Shown here: piece after piece, positions 13,269 through 29,639 of the stretch | How the letters are laid out: every line of letters starts with the position of its first letter | Numbering within the stretch: position 1 is the first letter of the stretch | NCBI RefSeq assembly: GCF_009914755.1 | Contig: NC_060934.1 | Direction: 5' to 3' (one strand) | DNA from: the human T2T-CHM13v2.0 reference genome, Homo sapiens | DNA: 64,000 nucleotides | Translations under genes and position numbers: made by a program | Notes under the pieces: generated by a model | What the model saw: only the letters and a program-made list of their open reading frames with translations | Databases searched by the model: none | Told to the model about the DNA's origin: nothing

Positions 13269-15455
13269 ACACTATATTAAGTGGGGAAATCTGTTAAAAT
13301 CAGGTGCTAGCATTCTCCAAATATATATATCGGGTCCCATTCCACGTCTTCTAAATCAGAACCTCTGTAGGTTGAGGCCTAGATAATTTTTTAATGTATC
13401 CCTGAAAACCATTTTATAAATGAAAATTTGTGCAGATACTATCTTTTAATATTCTTTGAATCTTAAGTATTTAGGAACTAATAGAGAAACTTGTCATGCT
13501 ACTTATCGTATGACTTAGGAAAATAAGGAAAGATAGTTATAGGAAAAAGTCTCTGTTGCAAAATGAGAAATGAGATAGCTTCACAGAAGCACAAATGAAA
13601 GAAATGTAAATTCTAGAGAATTATCTGTGGGAAAAAGAAATTGTTTAATATATATCCTCAGAATATCTTGGGAGTGTCTTCAGCTGGTAAGGTAAAATGA
13701 GTATGTTTAAAATCCAGCTCAACTAATGAGAACCACTATCCCATTAGAAACAAACATATTATTACTATACTTTAAAAAGATTTAGCTAAGTGTAATATGA
13801 AATGTATCCTTTCTCAAGTGATATGGTGTGGCTGTGTCCCCACCCAAATCCCATATTGAATTGTGGCTCCCATAATTCCCATGTGTTGTGAGAGGGTCCC
13901 AGTGGGAGATAGTTAAATCGTGGGGGCAGTTTCCCTCATCCTGTTCTTGTGGTTGTCCTTAAGTCTCACGAGATGTGATGATTTTATAAGGGGTTTCCCC
14001 TTTCGCTTGATCATTCTCTCTTGTCTGCCACCATGTAAGACATGCCTTTCCCCTTCCACCATGATTGTGAGGCCTCCCCTCCCCAGCCACGTGGAACTGT
14101 GAGTCCATAAATCTCTTTTTCTTTATGAACTATCCAGCCTTGGGTATGTCTTTATCAGCAGCATGAAAATGGACTAATACTGTAAATTGGCACCAGGAGT
14201 GGGGTGCTGCTGTAAAGATGCCCAAAAATGTGGAAGCTCCTTTGGAACTGGGTAACAGGCAGAGGTTGGAACCATTTGGAGGGCTCAGAAGAAGACAGGA
14301 AAATATAGGAAAGTTTGGAACTTCCTAGAGACTTGTTGAATGGCTTTGACCAAAATGCTGACAATCATATGGACAATGAAATTTAGGCTGAGGTGGTCTT
14401 AGATGGAGATTAGGAACTTGGTGGGAACTGGAGTAAAGGTGACTCTTCTGTGTTTTAGCAAAGAGACTGCCAGCATTTTGCCCCTGCCCCAGAGATCTGT
14501 GGAACTTTGAACTTGAGAAAGATAACTTAGGGTATCTGGCAGAAGAAATTTCTAAATAACAAAGCATTCAAGAGGTGACTTGGGTGCTGTTAAAAGCATT
14601 CAGTTTTGAAAGGGAAATAGAGCATAAAGGTTTGGAAAACTTGCAGCCTGATGATGTGATAGAAAAGGAAAAGCCATTTTCTCCAGGAGAAATTCAAGCT
14701 GGCTGCAGAAATTTGCAGAAGTGATGAGGAGCCAAATGTTAATCGCCAAAACAATGGGGAAAATGTTTCCAGGGCATGTCAGAAAACTTTGTGCCAGCCC
14801 CTCCCATCACAGGCCTGGAGGCATGGAGGAAAAAATGGTTTCATGGACTGGGCCCAGAGTCCCCCTGCTGTGTGCAACCTAGGGACTTGGTGCCTTGTGT
14901 CCCAATCACTCTAGCCATGGCTAAAAGGGGCCAAGTTACAGCTCATGCTGTGGCCTCAGAGGGTGCAAGCCCCAACCTTGGCAGCTTCCACATGGTTTTG
15001 AGCCTGTGGGTGCACAGGAGTCAAGAATTGAGGTTTGGGAACCTCCACTTAGATTTCCGAGGATGTATGGAAACGCCTGGATTCCAGGCAGAAGTTTGCT
15101 GCAGGGCTGGGGCCCTCATGGAGAACCTCTGCTAGAGCAGTGCAGAATGGAAATGTGGGGTTGAAGCCCCCACATACAGTTCCCACTGGGGTGCTGCCTA
15201 GTGGAGCTGTGAGAAGAGGGCCACTGTCCTCTAGACCCCAGAATGGTAGATCCACTGACAGCTTGCACCGTGTGCCTGGAAAAGCCACAGACACTCAATG
15301 CCTGGGAAAGCAGCCTGAGTGGTGCTGTATTCTGCAAAGCCACAGGGGCGGAGCTGCTCAAGATCATAGGAACCCACCCCTTGCATCAGCGTGACCTGGA
15401 TGTGAGACATGGAGTCAAAGGAGATCATTTTGGAACTTTAAGATTTGACTGCTCT

Positions 15456-15882
<427 letters not shown>

Positions 15883-16203
15883 CTAACTTGATTTTGATTT
15901 TATAGGCTCATAGGCGGAAGGGACCGGTCTTGTCTCAGAAGAGACTTTGGACTGTGGACTTTGAGTTAATGCTGAAATGAGTTAAGACTTTGGGGGACTG
16001 TTGGAAAGTCATGATTGGTTTTGAAATATGAGGACATGAGATTTGGAGGGTCCAGAGGTGGAATGATATGGCTTGGCTGTGTCCCCACCCACATCTCATC
16101 TTGAATTGTAGCTCCCATAATTCCCATGTGCCGTAGGAGGGACCCAGTGGGAGATATTTGAATCATGGGGGCAGTTTCCTCCATACTATTCTTATGGTAG
16201 TGA

Positions 16204-16657
<454 letters not shown>

Positions 16658-16839
16658 TTTCTAAATTACCCAGTGTCAGGTATGTTTTTTTAGCAGTGTG
16701 AAAATGGACTAATACATCAAGCCATATTATATTGCTCTCAAATGTGTTTGGATGATGTGGAAAGTGAACCCTCTCATATATCAGTTGGAGTATAAGTTGG
16801 TGTTTGGAGGGCAATTTGCCAGTATCAAAATTAATATTG

Positions 16840-17280
16840 TCCCAGAAAGTAACTCACATATACAGTCAATTGATTTTTTGACAACGGTGCCAGCACCATT
16901 CAAGGGGGAGAAAATGGTCTTTTTCAAGAAATAGTGCTGGGAAAACTGGATGTCCTCATGCAAAAAAATGAAGTAAGACCCTTGTACAACATACAAAAAT
17001 AAACTCAAAATGGATCAAAAACCTAAATAAAGAGCTAAAACCATAAGACTCTTAGAAGAAACCAGAGGGAAATCTTCATGACATCAGATTTGGAAATGAT
17101 TTCTTGGATGTGACACCAAAAAACAGGCAACAAAAGGAAAAATAGATAATTGAACTTTACCAAAATTTAAAATGTTGATGAGGATCTGGAGAAATTAGAA
17201 ACTGCTGCTGGTAATGTAAAATGGTGCAACTGCTATGGAAAAACTATACAGTGGTTCCTCCAAAAGTTAAACATAATACA
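16840..17280 (+). mobile_element. L1M (L1MB-like) ORF2 3' fragment among older L1M sequence (about 16750-17620)
   Basis: AATTGATTTTTTGACAA...GTGCTGGGAAAACTGGAT...AACTCAAAATGGATCAAA L1 ORF2 motifs. Confidence 0.8.
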
Positions 17281-17652
17281 AAATTTATATAAATATTTGC
17301 AAATAAGTATATATAAGTGCATCATTATAATAGTGAAATATTAGGGAAAATCTATATGCCTGTTATAGGGAATTTGCTAAATAGTGATATATCCATACAG
17401 TGGAATACTGTGCAACCATTTAAAAATAAGTTAGATGGCTCTCTAAGTCCTGAAATAGAACATATTCTAGGGTATACCATTAAGTAGAACAAAGCAAGAT
17501 GTAGAGAAGTGTGCATTCTCCAATTTTTGTAAAAACAGGAAATGCATAGAAAGAATCACAGGGTGGCAAAAGTAGTTCTTTCTAGGAAGGAGTTCAAGGT
17601 TGAGAGGAAGAGTAACTTAATTGTATAGATTCCTTTTTACGGTTGGCTTTTT

Positions 17653-17948
17653 ATTTATTTACTTATTTTTGAGACAGAGTCTTGCTCTGTTGCCCAGGCT
17701 GAAGTGTAGTGGCACGAACATGGCTCACTGCAGCCTCAACCTCCTGGGTTCAAGCGATCCTCCAACCCAGCCTCCCAAGTAGCTGGGACCACAGGCCCAC
17801 GCCATCATGGCTAAGTTTAAATTTTTTTCTTCTAGAGACAAGGTCTTGCCATGTTGCCCAAGCTGGTCTCAAGCTCCTGGGCTTCCCAAGGTGCTGTCTC
17901 AGCTTCCCAAGGTGTTGAGATTACAGGTGTGAGCCTTCATGCCCAGCC
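17653..17948 (-). mobile_element. AluJ
   Basis: ATGGCTCACTGCAGCCTCAACC and GCCATGTTGCCC J diagnostics; TSD TTGGCTTTTT. Confidence 0.92.
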
Positions 17949-18163
17949 CAGTTTGGCTTTTTCTGTACCACTGAATTGTTTACTATGTACAGGTATTATA
18001 AGTGAATTGAAAAAAAATGTACCAATAATGTTCTTTTATAGAGGGATCTTTCATATCACCTCTGTCTACCTGGAAAGTAAGTAGTAGGTACCCCCTCCCT
18101 CTTTAGGAAAACACCAAAGAATCACTGCTCATAAGATATCTGCTTCAGCCTAATGGTCCCTGC

Positions 18164-18468
18164 CAGGGGTTCCCATTCCCTGGGCCCCGGACCAGTACCT
18201 GTTAGGAACCGGGCTGTGTGGCAGGCAAGTGAGCATAACCACCTGAGCTCCACTTCCTATCAGATCAGTGGTAGCATTAGATTCTCATAGGGGCCCGAAC
18301 CCTGTTGTGAACTGCGCATTCAAGGAATTTAGGTTGCACACTCCTCATGAGAATGTAGTGCCTGATAATCAGAGCCACAGTTCCATTGGGAAACCATCCC
18401 CTTTCTTCCCGACCCCCAGTCTGTGGAAAAATTGTCTTCCCTGGTGCCAAAAAAGTTGGGGACCGATG
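18164..18468 (+). mobile_element. MER1B-like hAT-Charlie MITE
   Basis: TIRs CAGGGGTTCCCA / TTGGGGACCGATG; 8-bp imperfect TSD GTCCCTGC / GTCTATGC. Confidence 0.88.
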
Positions 18469-19599
18469 GTCTATGCTAATAAATGTTTAGGGTAAAACAG
18501 CTTTCTTAAACTGCAGGCTCCTCCTGTGCATAAAGATACGTGGTTACTTTGACAAATAGCTTATATCAAAAATGTAAATAAGTGAATAGTTTTATTTTTA
18601 AGCCTGAAAACCATTTCAGAGGTTATATTTGATAGGAAAGTCAGTGACTCAAATGAAAGGAACTAAGGTCCATTCAAAGACAGGGTTGCAGAAGTTGAAG
18701 TAGAAAAGGTGAATTTCCTTAGAGCTTGAAGAAACATTGTTCAAATGGAGTGCAGGAACAACCATAAATATATAGTATGTTCTATGAAGATATAAATAAT
18801 AATGAGGCCTTGAAGAGTTTGTCCTGAGGTGGGCAAAATACCTGGTTTAGAAAATGGAAACAAACAAACAAACACATGGGAATAACTATGCAAACACAAT
18901 AGGAAAAATAGAGTTTTACTTTTGTTAGTGAGCAAATACAGCTTCCCAGTAGTACAGTAAATACAAGCCAGATGGCTGAGAGCATAAGATCATAGCAGAA
19001 TGGGGAAAAATCAACTGAACAATTTACCAGTGATCTGTCTACATTTTCACATTTAGTTCAATAGTAATAAAAAGAATGCTGTTGGATTCACTTTCAAGTA
19101 GATGAATTTACATAATGCCAGTTTCTGCTTGGGTATAATGTGGATTTTTTTGTTGTTGTGGCAAATGATAATGGAATATAAAATAGCTTTTTACTTTTCA
19201 TTGAACATTTCTCAATGTATCTTCTTTTTGGTTATAACTGTTAGAAACTGTCTATCTGGATTCTATAAAGGTCATCTCTATGTGTTTAAATTTTATGTCT
19301 GCATTTCTAGTAATACTCATTAGAAATTAGTACATATGCTGTAATACCCAAGACTATTGTTTTTCTATGAGTAAACTTAAAGTAGTACATTTTCTCTCAC
19401 AGGGTGTACTTGTGTTATAAATTTGTTTTTATAGCTTGCTTTTGTTCATTTTTTTAACTTTAAAAAAATAGTAATTGGAACCTTTACTAACCATCAGTAG
19501 TCTTAATTTTCACTGTGAAGTTAATGACTGATTCATTTTCCTTGAGGATTATTGTTCTCATCAATAGGTAAAATAAGAGTAGGTAAAATTCCCCTAGAA

Positions 19600-20110
19600 C
19601 AGAAAACTCCAATTCTCATGTACACACTGGTGTTGAAAGTATTAATAAGTTTAACTTTTATGGAAGGCAATTTGTCAGAGGTTAAATGCAACTACCCCTT
19701 GACTTGTCAGTTACATTTCTAGAAATTTACATTTTAGTTCCAAAAAATGCCAAGTTCTATGTACGAAGATGTTTATCATAACAGAATTGGTAATGACAAG
19801 AAAACAAACCGACCTGGAAATGGGAGATGTGTATGCCATAATCATGCACAGCAACCGTTGAAGAATGAGGTCATTTGATGTGTACTGACTTAGAATAAAA
19901 TGTCCACTATAAATGTTTGAAAACTAAGCTGTAGAACAGAATATGCGATATAATAGATTTTTAAAAGTATGAACAATAAAGTTTCGTTTATATATGCTGA
20001 GAATGTGTGAAAGATGTACCTGACTTTGATTAAAATTTATTTTGGGGGAATGGTATGTGAATATTGAGTATGTGTTACTTTTATAGTACATTTTCAGAAA
20101 TCAAGAATGT
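19600..20110 (+). mobile_element. Old L1ME-like fragment
   Basis: TTTATGGAAGGCAATTTG...TTCTAGAAATTTA...GAAGATGTTTATCATAACA. Confidence 0.55.
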
Positions 20111-20117
20111 AGTATAA

Positions 20118-20908
<791 letters not shown>

Positions 20909-21479
20909 AGTTTTCTCATTCTTAAATGAAATTCATGTAAAGTGTTTACCTCTAGTAAGTGCCCAATAATATTAGCTGTTTTAATGCTAAAATATCAGAC
21001 AAGAAACAGGAATAAGTTATGATGATAAAAACATATGGGCAGGTGTAGTCAAAATATTTTTTTGAACTGTTGAACTTCTTGCCCGGGTGTTCTGAATTAT
21101 GGTATTGCATGACCATAGAAAATAGTGGTAAAGCAGTCTGTTTACATAAGCCACTCAGCTACTTGTCGCTATTACCCTTAATTTCAGAAATATTACACGT
21201 GGTACTTCTTGAACGTTAATTTGCTGAGAAATAAGCATGTTTTGGGATGAGTACTGAGTTCAGTGTTCCATATTTGGCAGTTGATAAAAAAATATGGGTT
21301 GCTGAGTTTCACAGCATAAGTTATTTGGCAATGGTATTATCTCAGATTCAGCTTTTAATGAATATTTACAATATTAATATCTTATTTTTCCTTGATTTTT
21401 TTTTCTAAGAAAAGCCCAGATTAAAACAAAAATGGATAAAGTATAAGTGAGTAACTATGGCAGCTCAATTGTCTAAGAA

Positions 21480-21680
21480 CAAAGAGGCAGGCATCAGAGT
21501 CTTTGATTCCTGTCCTAACTCAGCAACTTAGTAACTCTGTGTCCTTGAGTAAATCCCTTAACTTGTCTAAGCCACAAAATGGATCTTAGTCTATGTATTG
21601 GAGCTATGATTTTTAAAAGTTGTTTTGAGCATAAAATGAAATGAAGGATGTAAAAGTGCATTATAAACTTGAAGACACTA
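21480..21680 (+). mobile_element. MIR
   Basis: TGTGTCCTTGAGTAAATCCCTTAAC...ATGTAAAAGTGCATTATAAACT. Confidence 0.6.
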
Positions 21681-23231
21681 TGCTGATAGAGATTACACAG
21701 CTCCTTCTAATCAAGACTTTCTTGGCATAGTTTATTAAATGACATAAAGCTCATTATACAAATTTTCTCAATGGAATAAGACAGTAACGGTCAAATGAAA
21801 CATAAATCCATGCTAACGACTATGAAATCTTTTGGCCTAGCTAAATGTGCAGACTATATAATCCCTTTGGTAGCATATGTATGAGTTTGTGACCTGAAGG
21901 CTGTTGTATTGCAAGCAGATTTTTATAAGTCAGCAAAGACATCTGAAATCACATCACAATTCCAGTGTTAATGAGATAACTAGCTGCATCACTGCTACCC
22001 TTCCTTGGCTCTTGGGTTTAGGGAAAACCTTAATCCTCAAACTAACATAATTCACAATAGGTTCTGATGATGCTCAAATGTATATAATCTTTAGTTCCAT
22101 GAATAAATTGCATACTAGAGTTACTCACTTTCATTTTGCATTTGCAGACTTTGTGTTCTTACATTGAATGATATGTTTTCTAATCAACTGATTCCTTTAA
22201 TGATTAATTTTAGGCTTAAACATAATATTTACAAAAGCAGGAAAGTGCAATTGAAAACTAGCAAAGACTAAGACAATTAGTATCAACCCCATTTTATATT
22301 GGGAATTAAAACTGTTTTGAAGATGACAGCACAGCCGAAGTAAGGGTTTTTTCTCCTTATCACAAACAGTAGTAGGCATTAATTTTTAGAAGTAGAAAAT
22401 ACCTTTCCTTATGCTTGGGAAATAAATGGAATTTTTTACAAAATAATTACAGGACTTGGAGTAGAAAGTGAAAAATTAATTTTGTGGTTTAGAGTATTAA
22501 TTTGCTCTAAGAGTTAATAAAAGGAAATGGGAAATGGACAAATCAGATTTGTCTAGTCAACACTGAATAGATTCCTCAAAGTATTGAATTTGAAACAATT
22601 GGCACACATTTAAATTCTAAGATCTCTATAGCGAGTAAAACTTGAAGTTACTTTTTATCTCACCTTCCTCAAAAGTACCCTTAACCATGCACCTGGAGCA
22701 AAGGAAAAACCCTTTCTTTTTATTGGTCTTCTTTAGCTATCACAGGGACTATTTGGGCAGTGGCTATACTAATGGGAAGATGGGATTATAATTAGGTTAG
22801 TTTTCGTTCTTTCTAGACCCATGTCTTTATTTGAAAGTTCTTTGGATTCCTGTGGTCAGTGATACAGGGAAACTCTAGGTTCTCAACAGTTTCCAATTAT
22901 TTTCTCAAGAATTCCTTAGGTTGCAAAATATTTTGATGCCTTTATGGATAAGAGATGGGCTGGGGTTAGTGACCCAGTGCATTTTTTCATACCCCCAATT
23001 CTCCCCATATCAACCCTTTCTCTACCCGACTCTGCACTTCTCTAATTGGGTATTATGTGACAACTAACTCTTCTCTGCATTGAATATATTATATTGTTAC
23101 TTATCCAAAAATAGTTGCCAGTAATTTTTCCTAGTAGTTCTGGAAAATTCCTCTTCCTTAAAGATGCAGGAAAACAGTTTTACTGACCAAGAGGTGTTTT
23201 TTCAAAGACCCAAGTTGAGAACTAATGCTTT

Positions 23232-23311
23232 CAAACTCATGGCCTCAATCAGTCCTCCTGCCTGGGTTTCCCAAAGTGCTGGGATTATGGGCTAAGCTAC
23301 CACTCCTAGCC
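23232..23311 (-). mobile_element. 80-bp 5' fragment of an old Alu/FLAM with no tail
   Basis: Antisense CCCAAAGTGCTGGGATTA; flanked by GAACTAATGCTTT direct repeats. Confidence 0.85.
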
Positions 23312-23331
23312 AGGAACTAATGCTTTAGATC

Positions 23332-23506
23332 TACTGGTACTCAAACATTATTGTTCTTTGGAGTCACTTGGTGCTTCAAAATTATTGATGTCTAGGTCTC
23401 ACTGCTGAGATTTTGATTTAAATGGTGTCGGTGCAGTCTGGGTACTGGGATTTTTTTAAAGCTCTTCATCTGATTCTAATTTGCAGTAAAGTTTGAAAAC
23501 CACTGC
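23332..23506. mobile_element. MER5-family MITE
   Basis: TGGTACTCAAAC ... AGTTTGAAAACCACTG termini. Confidence 0.75.
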
Positions 23507-23799
23507 TCTAGTCAATAAAACAAAACTAGGCAAAACTCCAGGAAGGCAGGAAGCTTGTTCTCCACTGAGACCCCAGCATGTAAAATGGTAAACAGTAGGC
23601 ACCCAACAAATATTTTTTGTTGCAATGAAAGAATATACTTTTTAAGAATCACTGTAATTTAAAGAATAAACCAAGCAGTGATTCTTTGAAATAATCCATA
23701 GGAGCTAATGATAAGTTAGTGATGAAGTATGGATTCTTTTGTGTATGTATGTAGAAAAGCTGATGCTAGATAATCATTTTCAAAAATTATAGATAAAAA

Positions 23800-24443
23800 T
23801 CTTTGCATGAATATCAAGTGGAAATATGCTATCATTTCCCTTATGCATATTTGCATTTAAAATAACCCACAGGGACAAAATGATTTTCCCACTGAAGCTA
23901 ACTCTTACCATGAAATATTTCTTTGATTTAGTTATTTTCTCCTTTATCTCCTGAAGATTTTTTTTTTTTTGGCTTGCCATATGCATGCTATTTTGCTTTT
24001 CCTTTGTACTTTGGGTTTTTGTGGTGTATTTTTTGAGGAGGGAGATTTCTTTTGCAAATAAAGGCAGCACTCTGTCTCTCCTTTTTTCAGGAAACACCTT
24101 TTTTTCTGTGTGATGCAGTCAGTTTTTGTCATTTCCACTTTAACGTGAACTAAGAAGTCATCCTTTTCCTGTGAACAGGAAATTTCCCAGCTGTTGATAA
24201 ACTGTGGAGCCGCCTGTGAAAAAGGGCAAGATCTCAGAATTCCTTCTCTCGATTCTACATGTTATTTATTGCTTTCTACATATTGCTGATCTTTTCATTT
24301 CTAATGTGTACCATCTGATTGACGAGATGGTGACTTCCTGTTTGAGAGTTAGCTCCATTCTTTGTGTATCATACCCACGGTGATAGTACTTTGTGAGGAC
24401 TGTGGCAACAGTGCTGTGCTCTCCTCTGATGTAAAGGGTAAGC
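23800..24443 (+). promoter_or_regulatory. Candidate internal promoter/enhancer with a non-coding exon ending at 24437
   Basis: Repeat-free; octamer, ETS, kB-like and GATA motifs; donor AGG|GTAAGC. Confidence 0.35.
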
Positions 24444-25037
24444 TGGGAAATCAAGACATTGAAAGGAGTATTAATTTGAAAATAATTCTATAGCATTTTC
24501 TTGGGGAAAAAATGCTCACCACCTCCTCTCTTTTCTAAACACACCATTTGAGGATATCACTATTTCCTTTGTATTGAGCCTTTTATGTATGTTGAACTAT
24601 CATTTGGAATATGATCTGCTGATGTACCTGGGCACCTCTAATCAGCATCTAAGTATCTAGCTCATGATTCTTTTCAGTATCACAAATCCATTCTAAAGTG
24701 GAACTGTAGGAAGGATCTGTCATATTACTGTTAAATTATCATTGGTTGCAAAAGTTTTCCCAGTGCCTACAACACTGTCTTCCTTCTTTCCTTGACTCTC
24801 ATCTTTTAAAATTATAGTTTATAAGTGACATTTAATTTATAAATCACTTAAAAATTACATTAGATCCATTGTGAAGTGCTCTCTTTTCACCTCCATTACC
24901 TTGGGCCTGGGTTAGGTGCCTTGTCTGTTAGCTGACACAGGATCCTATGAAAGATAAAGGAAATTCTATTTTTTTAAATTATATGTTGGTACCATGGAAA
25001 CACTTTCAGAAATGGAAAACTAAAGATCACCCATACA

Positions 25038-25663
<626 letters not shown>

Positions 25664-27594
25664 TCAAAGGCCAAAGTTGGTTTTGTCTTTCTTGCTACAA
25701 CCTGTTTATTCTGAAGAGTACAACCAAACACATTAGTCCCACATGGCTTTTTATTTAGGGACATCATGATGAAAGGTTATTCTGTGGACTCTCAAAGTAC
25801 TTGTCATCCATAGACTTGCTGACACCTCGTCAAGGCTACTTGAATGGGTGTATTACACAGGCTTGGTCAAAGGGTTAATGCATGCTAGAAATGTGAAGTG
25901 AAGGGAATAGAGTTGAGGCTTGGGAACATTTATGTTTTTTAGACTGCGACTTCCTGTTCAGCTGAGAAGATAGTCCTGTAGCTTTGCTGTTAGCTAAGGA
26001 GACAGTCTTGTAAGCTTGACAGATCACAGCTGTATCCTGTACTTTGTGTGAAAATGTACTTGCTTTCCCTCCTGTTCATTTCGTTTTTCTAATTTCCTAA
26101 TATATTAACGTTTATTCCAGTGTTTGATGGAGTAAGAAGTTGGGTATATGCCCACATGAGAATGTGAATAATAGCTAAGTACTAGGTTGTAGGCAGATAG
26201 TGGATTAAATATGGAGTGTGTGTGCTGCAAAAACTAAATGACAAGGAAAACCCCCCCTCTGAATAAAATTTTACAAGAAAGTCCCAAAAGCACTTGGATA
26301 TTTTAGCCTAGTGCTATAATTGAAGCAGTTGTCTTATTTCTTTGCAAATCAGATAATTTCTTTATAAAGAATCAAATGCTTGCTCTGTGTTCTAACCATC
26401 CCACCATTTTATTCTCTCTCAAAGCTTGAGGACAACTTCGGGACATTTCTTTCATCTCACTATCCTAAAAATCTTTGCCACTGGAACAATATTAAACTAC
26501 TTCCTTCCTTGGGATTTTGCACTCTGTCTGAGCCTAATATGCTAGTAGATTGTGTCTATCAACACAAATTCATTTTTTGACATTTGGACAGACAGAACTT
26601 GAAGTTTTTCAGTATCTCATCTCATTTGAAGTGGATGTTTCATTGTTGCTATAGAGGAATGACAATTACCGTGTTCTATAGGAGGTGGATTCCAATTTAA
26701 GCATTCTTTCCTGAGAGGCAACTTTAAATTTTATAGAGTAGAAAGAGTACTAGCCTGAAGTTAGGTTACGCACATTCTGTATGACCTTAGATAGTGACAT
26801 TGGGCACCTCTGAATTCTCACAAGTGAAAAGAAAGAATTGGACTAGATGACCTTTAAGGTCCTTTTGACCGTATTTGACATTCACTGAGCCTGAGCTTTG
26901 TGCTATGACTATGTTGTCCCTCTCATTGTATTAGTGCCTATTACTCTGAAAAACCCACCGCTATATAATATGAAAGATGAGAAAGAGGTAAGCCAGCTGA
27001 GCTGTTTAATTTAGAAAGATGGAGCCATGGTGTTCCAGATGGTGAGGCTCATCCAGCAGAGCCATAAATGACAGCCAAAGTAGATACAGGTAATGCTGAT
27101 GGCTTCCTGACAGTGTATGTAGTAGAGAGGGACTTATGGGATTGACTTACTGAATGACAGTTTTATTGGTGTAGTGCAGCCTGGAAAAGGGTTGTCAGTC
27201 TTTTTTTTGGGTGGAGTGGTGGTTTCTGTGTATGTCCCCTTAATGCTAATTGATGTTGAAAGTATAAATGAGACAGGATTGACTGGAGTCAGCTTTCCTT
27301 TGGGAAAGCAGAATGATAGCATCTTCAAGAAGTACTTTTGCAAGGTATAAAGCAAATAGGTACTGTACTTCATAGACACTTCTGCAGTGCCCATAAGTGC
27401 TGAAATAGATGAAATTCAGGTGCTTGTAGAGGAAGGAATATCCATTTGCACAGAGACCTAACTTAACAAATGGACTGGCTAATTAAGGGTTAACTATTTG
27501 CTTTTCTTTTGTATTGCTGTATTATCTTTATCTGGGTACCATAATCATCCTTGTAAATTTCTAGTCTGAGATACATTCTACACTAGACCCATTA

Positions 27595-27760
27595 TAGGAT
27601 ATTAGAATTGTATGAAATCTTCAAGGGCATCTAATTCAGTCCTCTCATTTTCACTTGAGCAAAGTGAGTGCTAGAAAGACTGAGTAACTTAACCAAAATC
27701 ATTGTGGGAGTTAAAATCAGAGCTAGAACTGGAACTAGAACCTAGTTCTGCTGACTACTA
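27595..27760 (-). mobile_element. MIR
   Basis: CATCTAATTCAGTCCTCTCATTTT...AGTAACTTAACCAAAATCA...ACTAGAACCTAG. Confidence 0.65.
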
Positions 27761-27786
27761 GATTTTTACTGTCAAGAATGCAAATT

Positions 27787-28440
<654 letters not shown>

Positions 28441-29489
28441 TACAAACCTACCTTTATATATTTGAAAGTGTGAAATGTACCTCCAAAATTTTCAAAATGG
28501 TAACCGATTTTAATAAATTAGTGAAGAAGACAAAATTAGTTTTTTCTAGGAATCTTCCTCCCAGCCTTTGCTCTTCAATAACGTATCAGAAAGTAGCATT
28601 CTACCAGCAGATACGTTTCCATATCACACTCTACCAGATTCTTAAACTATGAGATAAAACAGTATTAGGCAAAAGTAGCATAATATGGATATAAAATTTC
28701 TATTACACTGAGAATTCAGAAAATTCTCTTAGGACAAGATTGGATAGGGCAAGATTGTGTAACCCTGAAATGTGTTAGTCTTGAACAGATATTTCGGGAT
28801 CTGTTCTGATTATCTCTCCCCAGCAGAAAGATTGTGATTAAGGGAAAAAATAATTCTTAATTATTTGTTGTGGGTTAGTGGTTACATGCAGGTTTTTGTT
28901 TTCATTTTGCATAATTTAGTTTCGAACAATGTCTTCATTTTTTTTAACGACTAGAAGGCCTAATTTAGATTTTAAGTGTTTTGTGAATGTGTTGTTAATG
29001 TTTCTTATCACTGAAAAATGGCATCAGGAGCTGAAGATGGGAGAAGCTGTTGAATTCAGACAACAGAATGCATTAATACTGTAACACTGCTGTTGGCCAC
29101 AGTGATTGAACATTGTGATAATTTATGCTGCACTATGTATTTAAATCCATTATATTGTTGAGGTGGAGAAGCGGAGTTAAGTAGTGTACTGATTTCAGAC
29201 CTAAATTTTCTTGAATTTCTTTATTTATTATGCCTCCTTGCTAAGTAGTTGATATTACATGGATCACTTACATTTTGTATAGGAGTATATATAGAGCTCA
29301 TATAGGAGAACTTAGATTACTTCTTATAAGAAATTGGATACGAAAATGCTTTGGTTTTGTGAGAAAGAGGATTTAACAGTGTCTCCAGAGAGCTAAGCTA
29401 ACCAACAGAAAAAATGGCATCAAGTTATAAATTCTTGCTATAGAAAGAGGGGAGGCTTTTCTTTCTTTTAAATCACTTAATTTTTTCAG

Positions 29490-29577
29490 ATAAACTTTTA
29501 AATGCAAGTTTAACATATATATAGAAAAGTACAGAAATCATAACAGTACAGCTTGATGAATATGAATATATATATTC

Positions 29578-29639
<62 letters not shown>

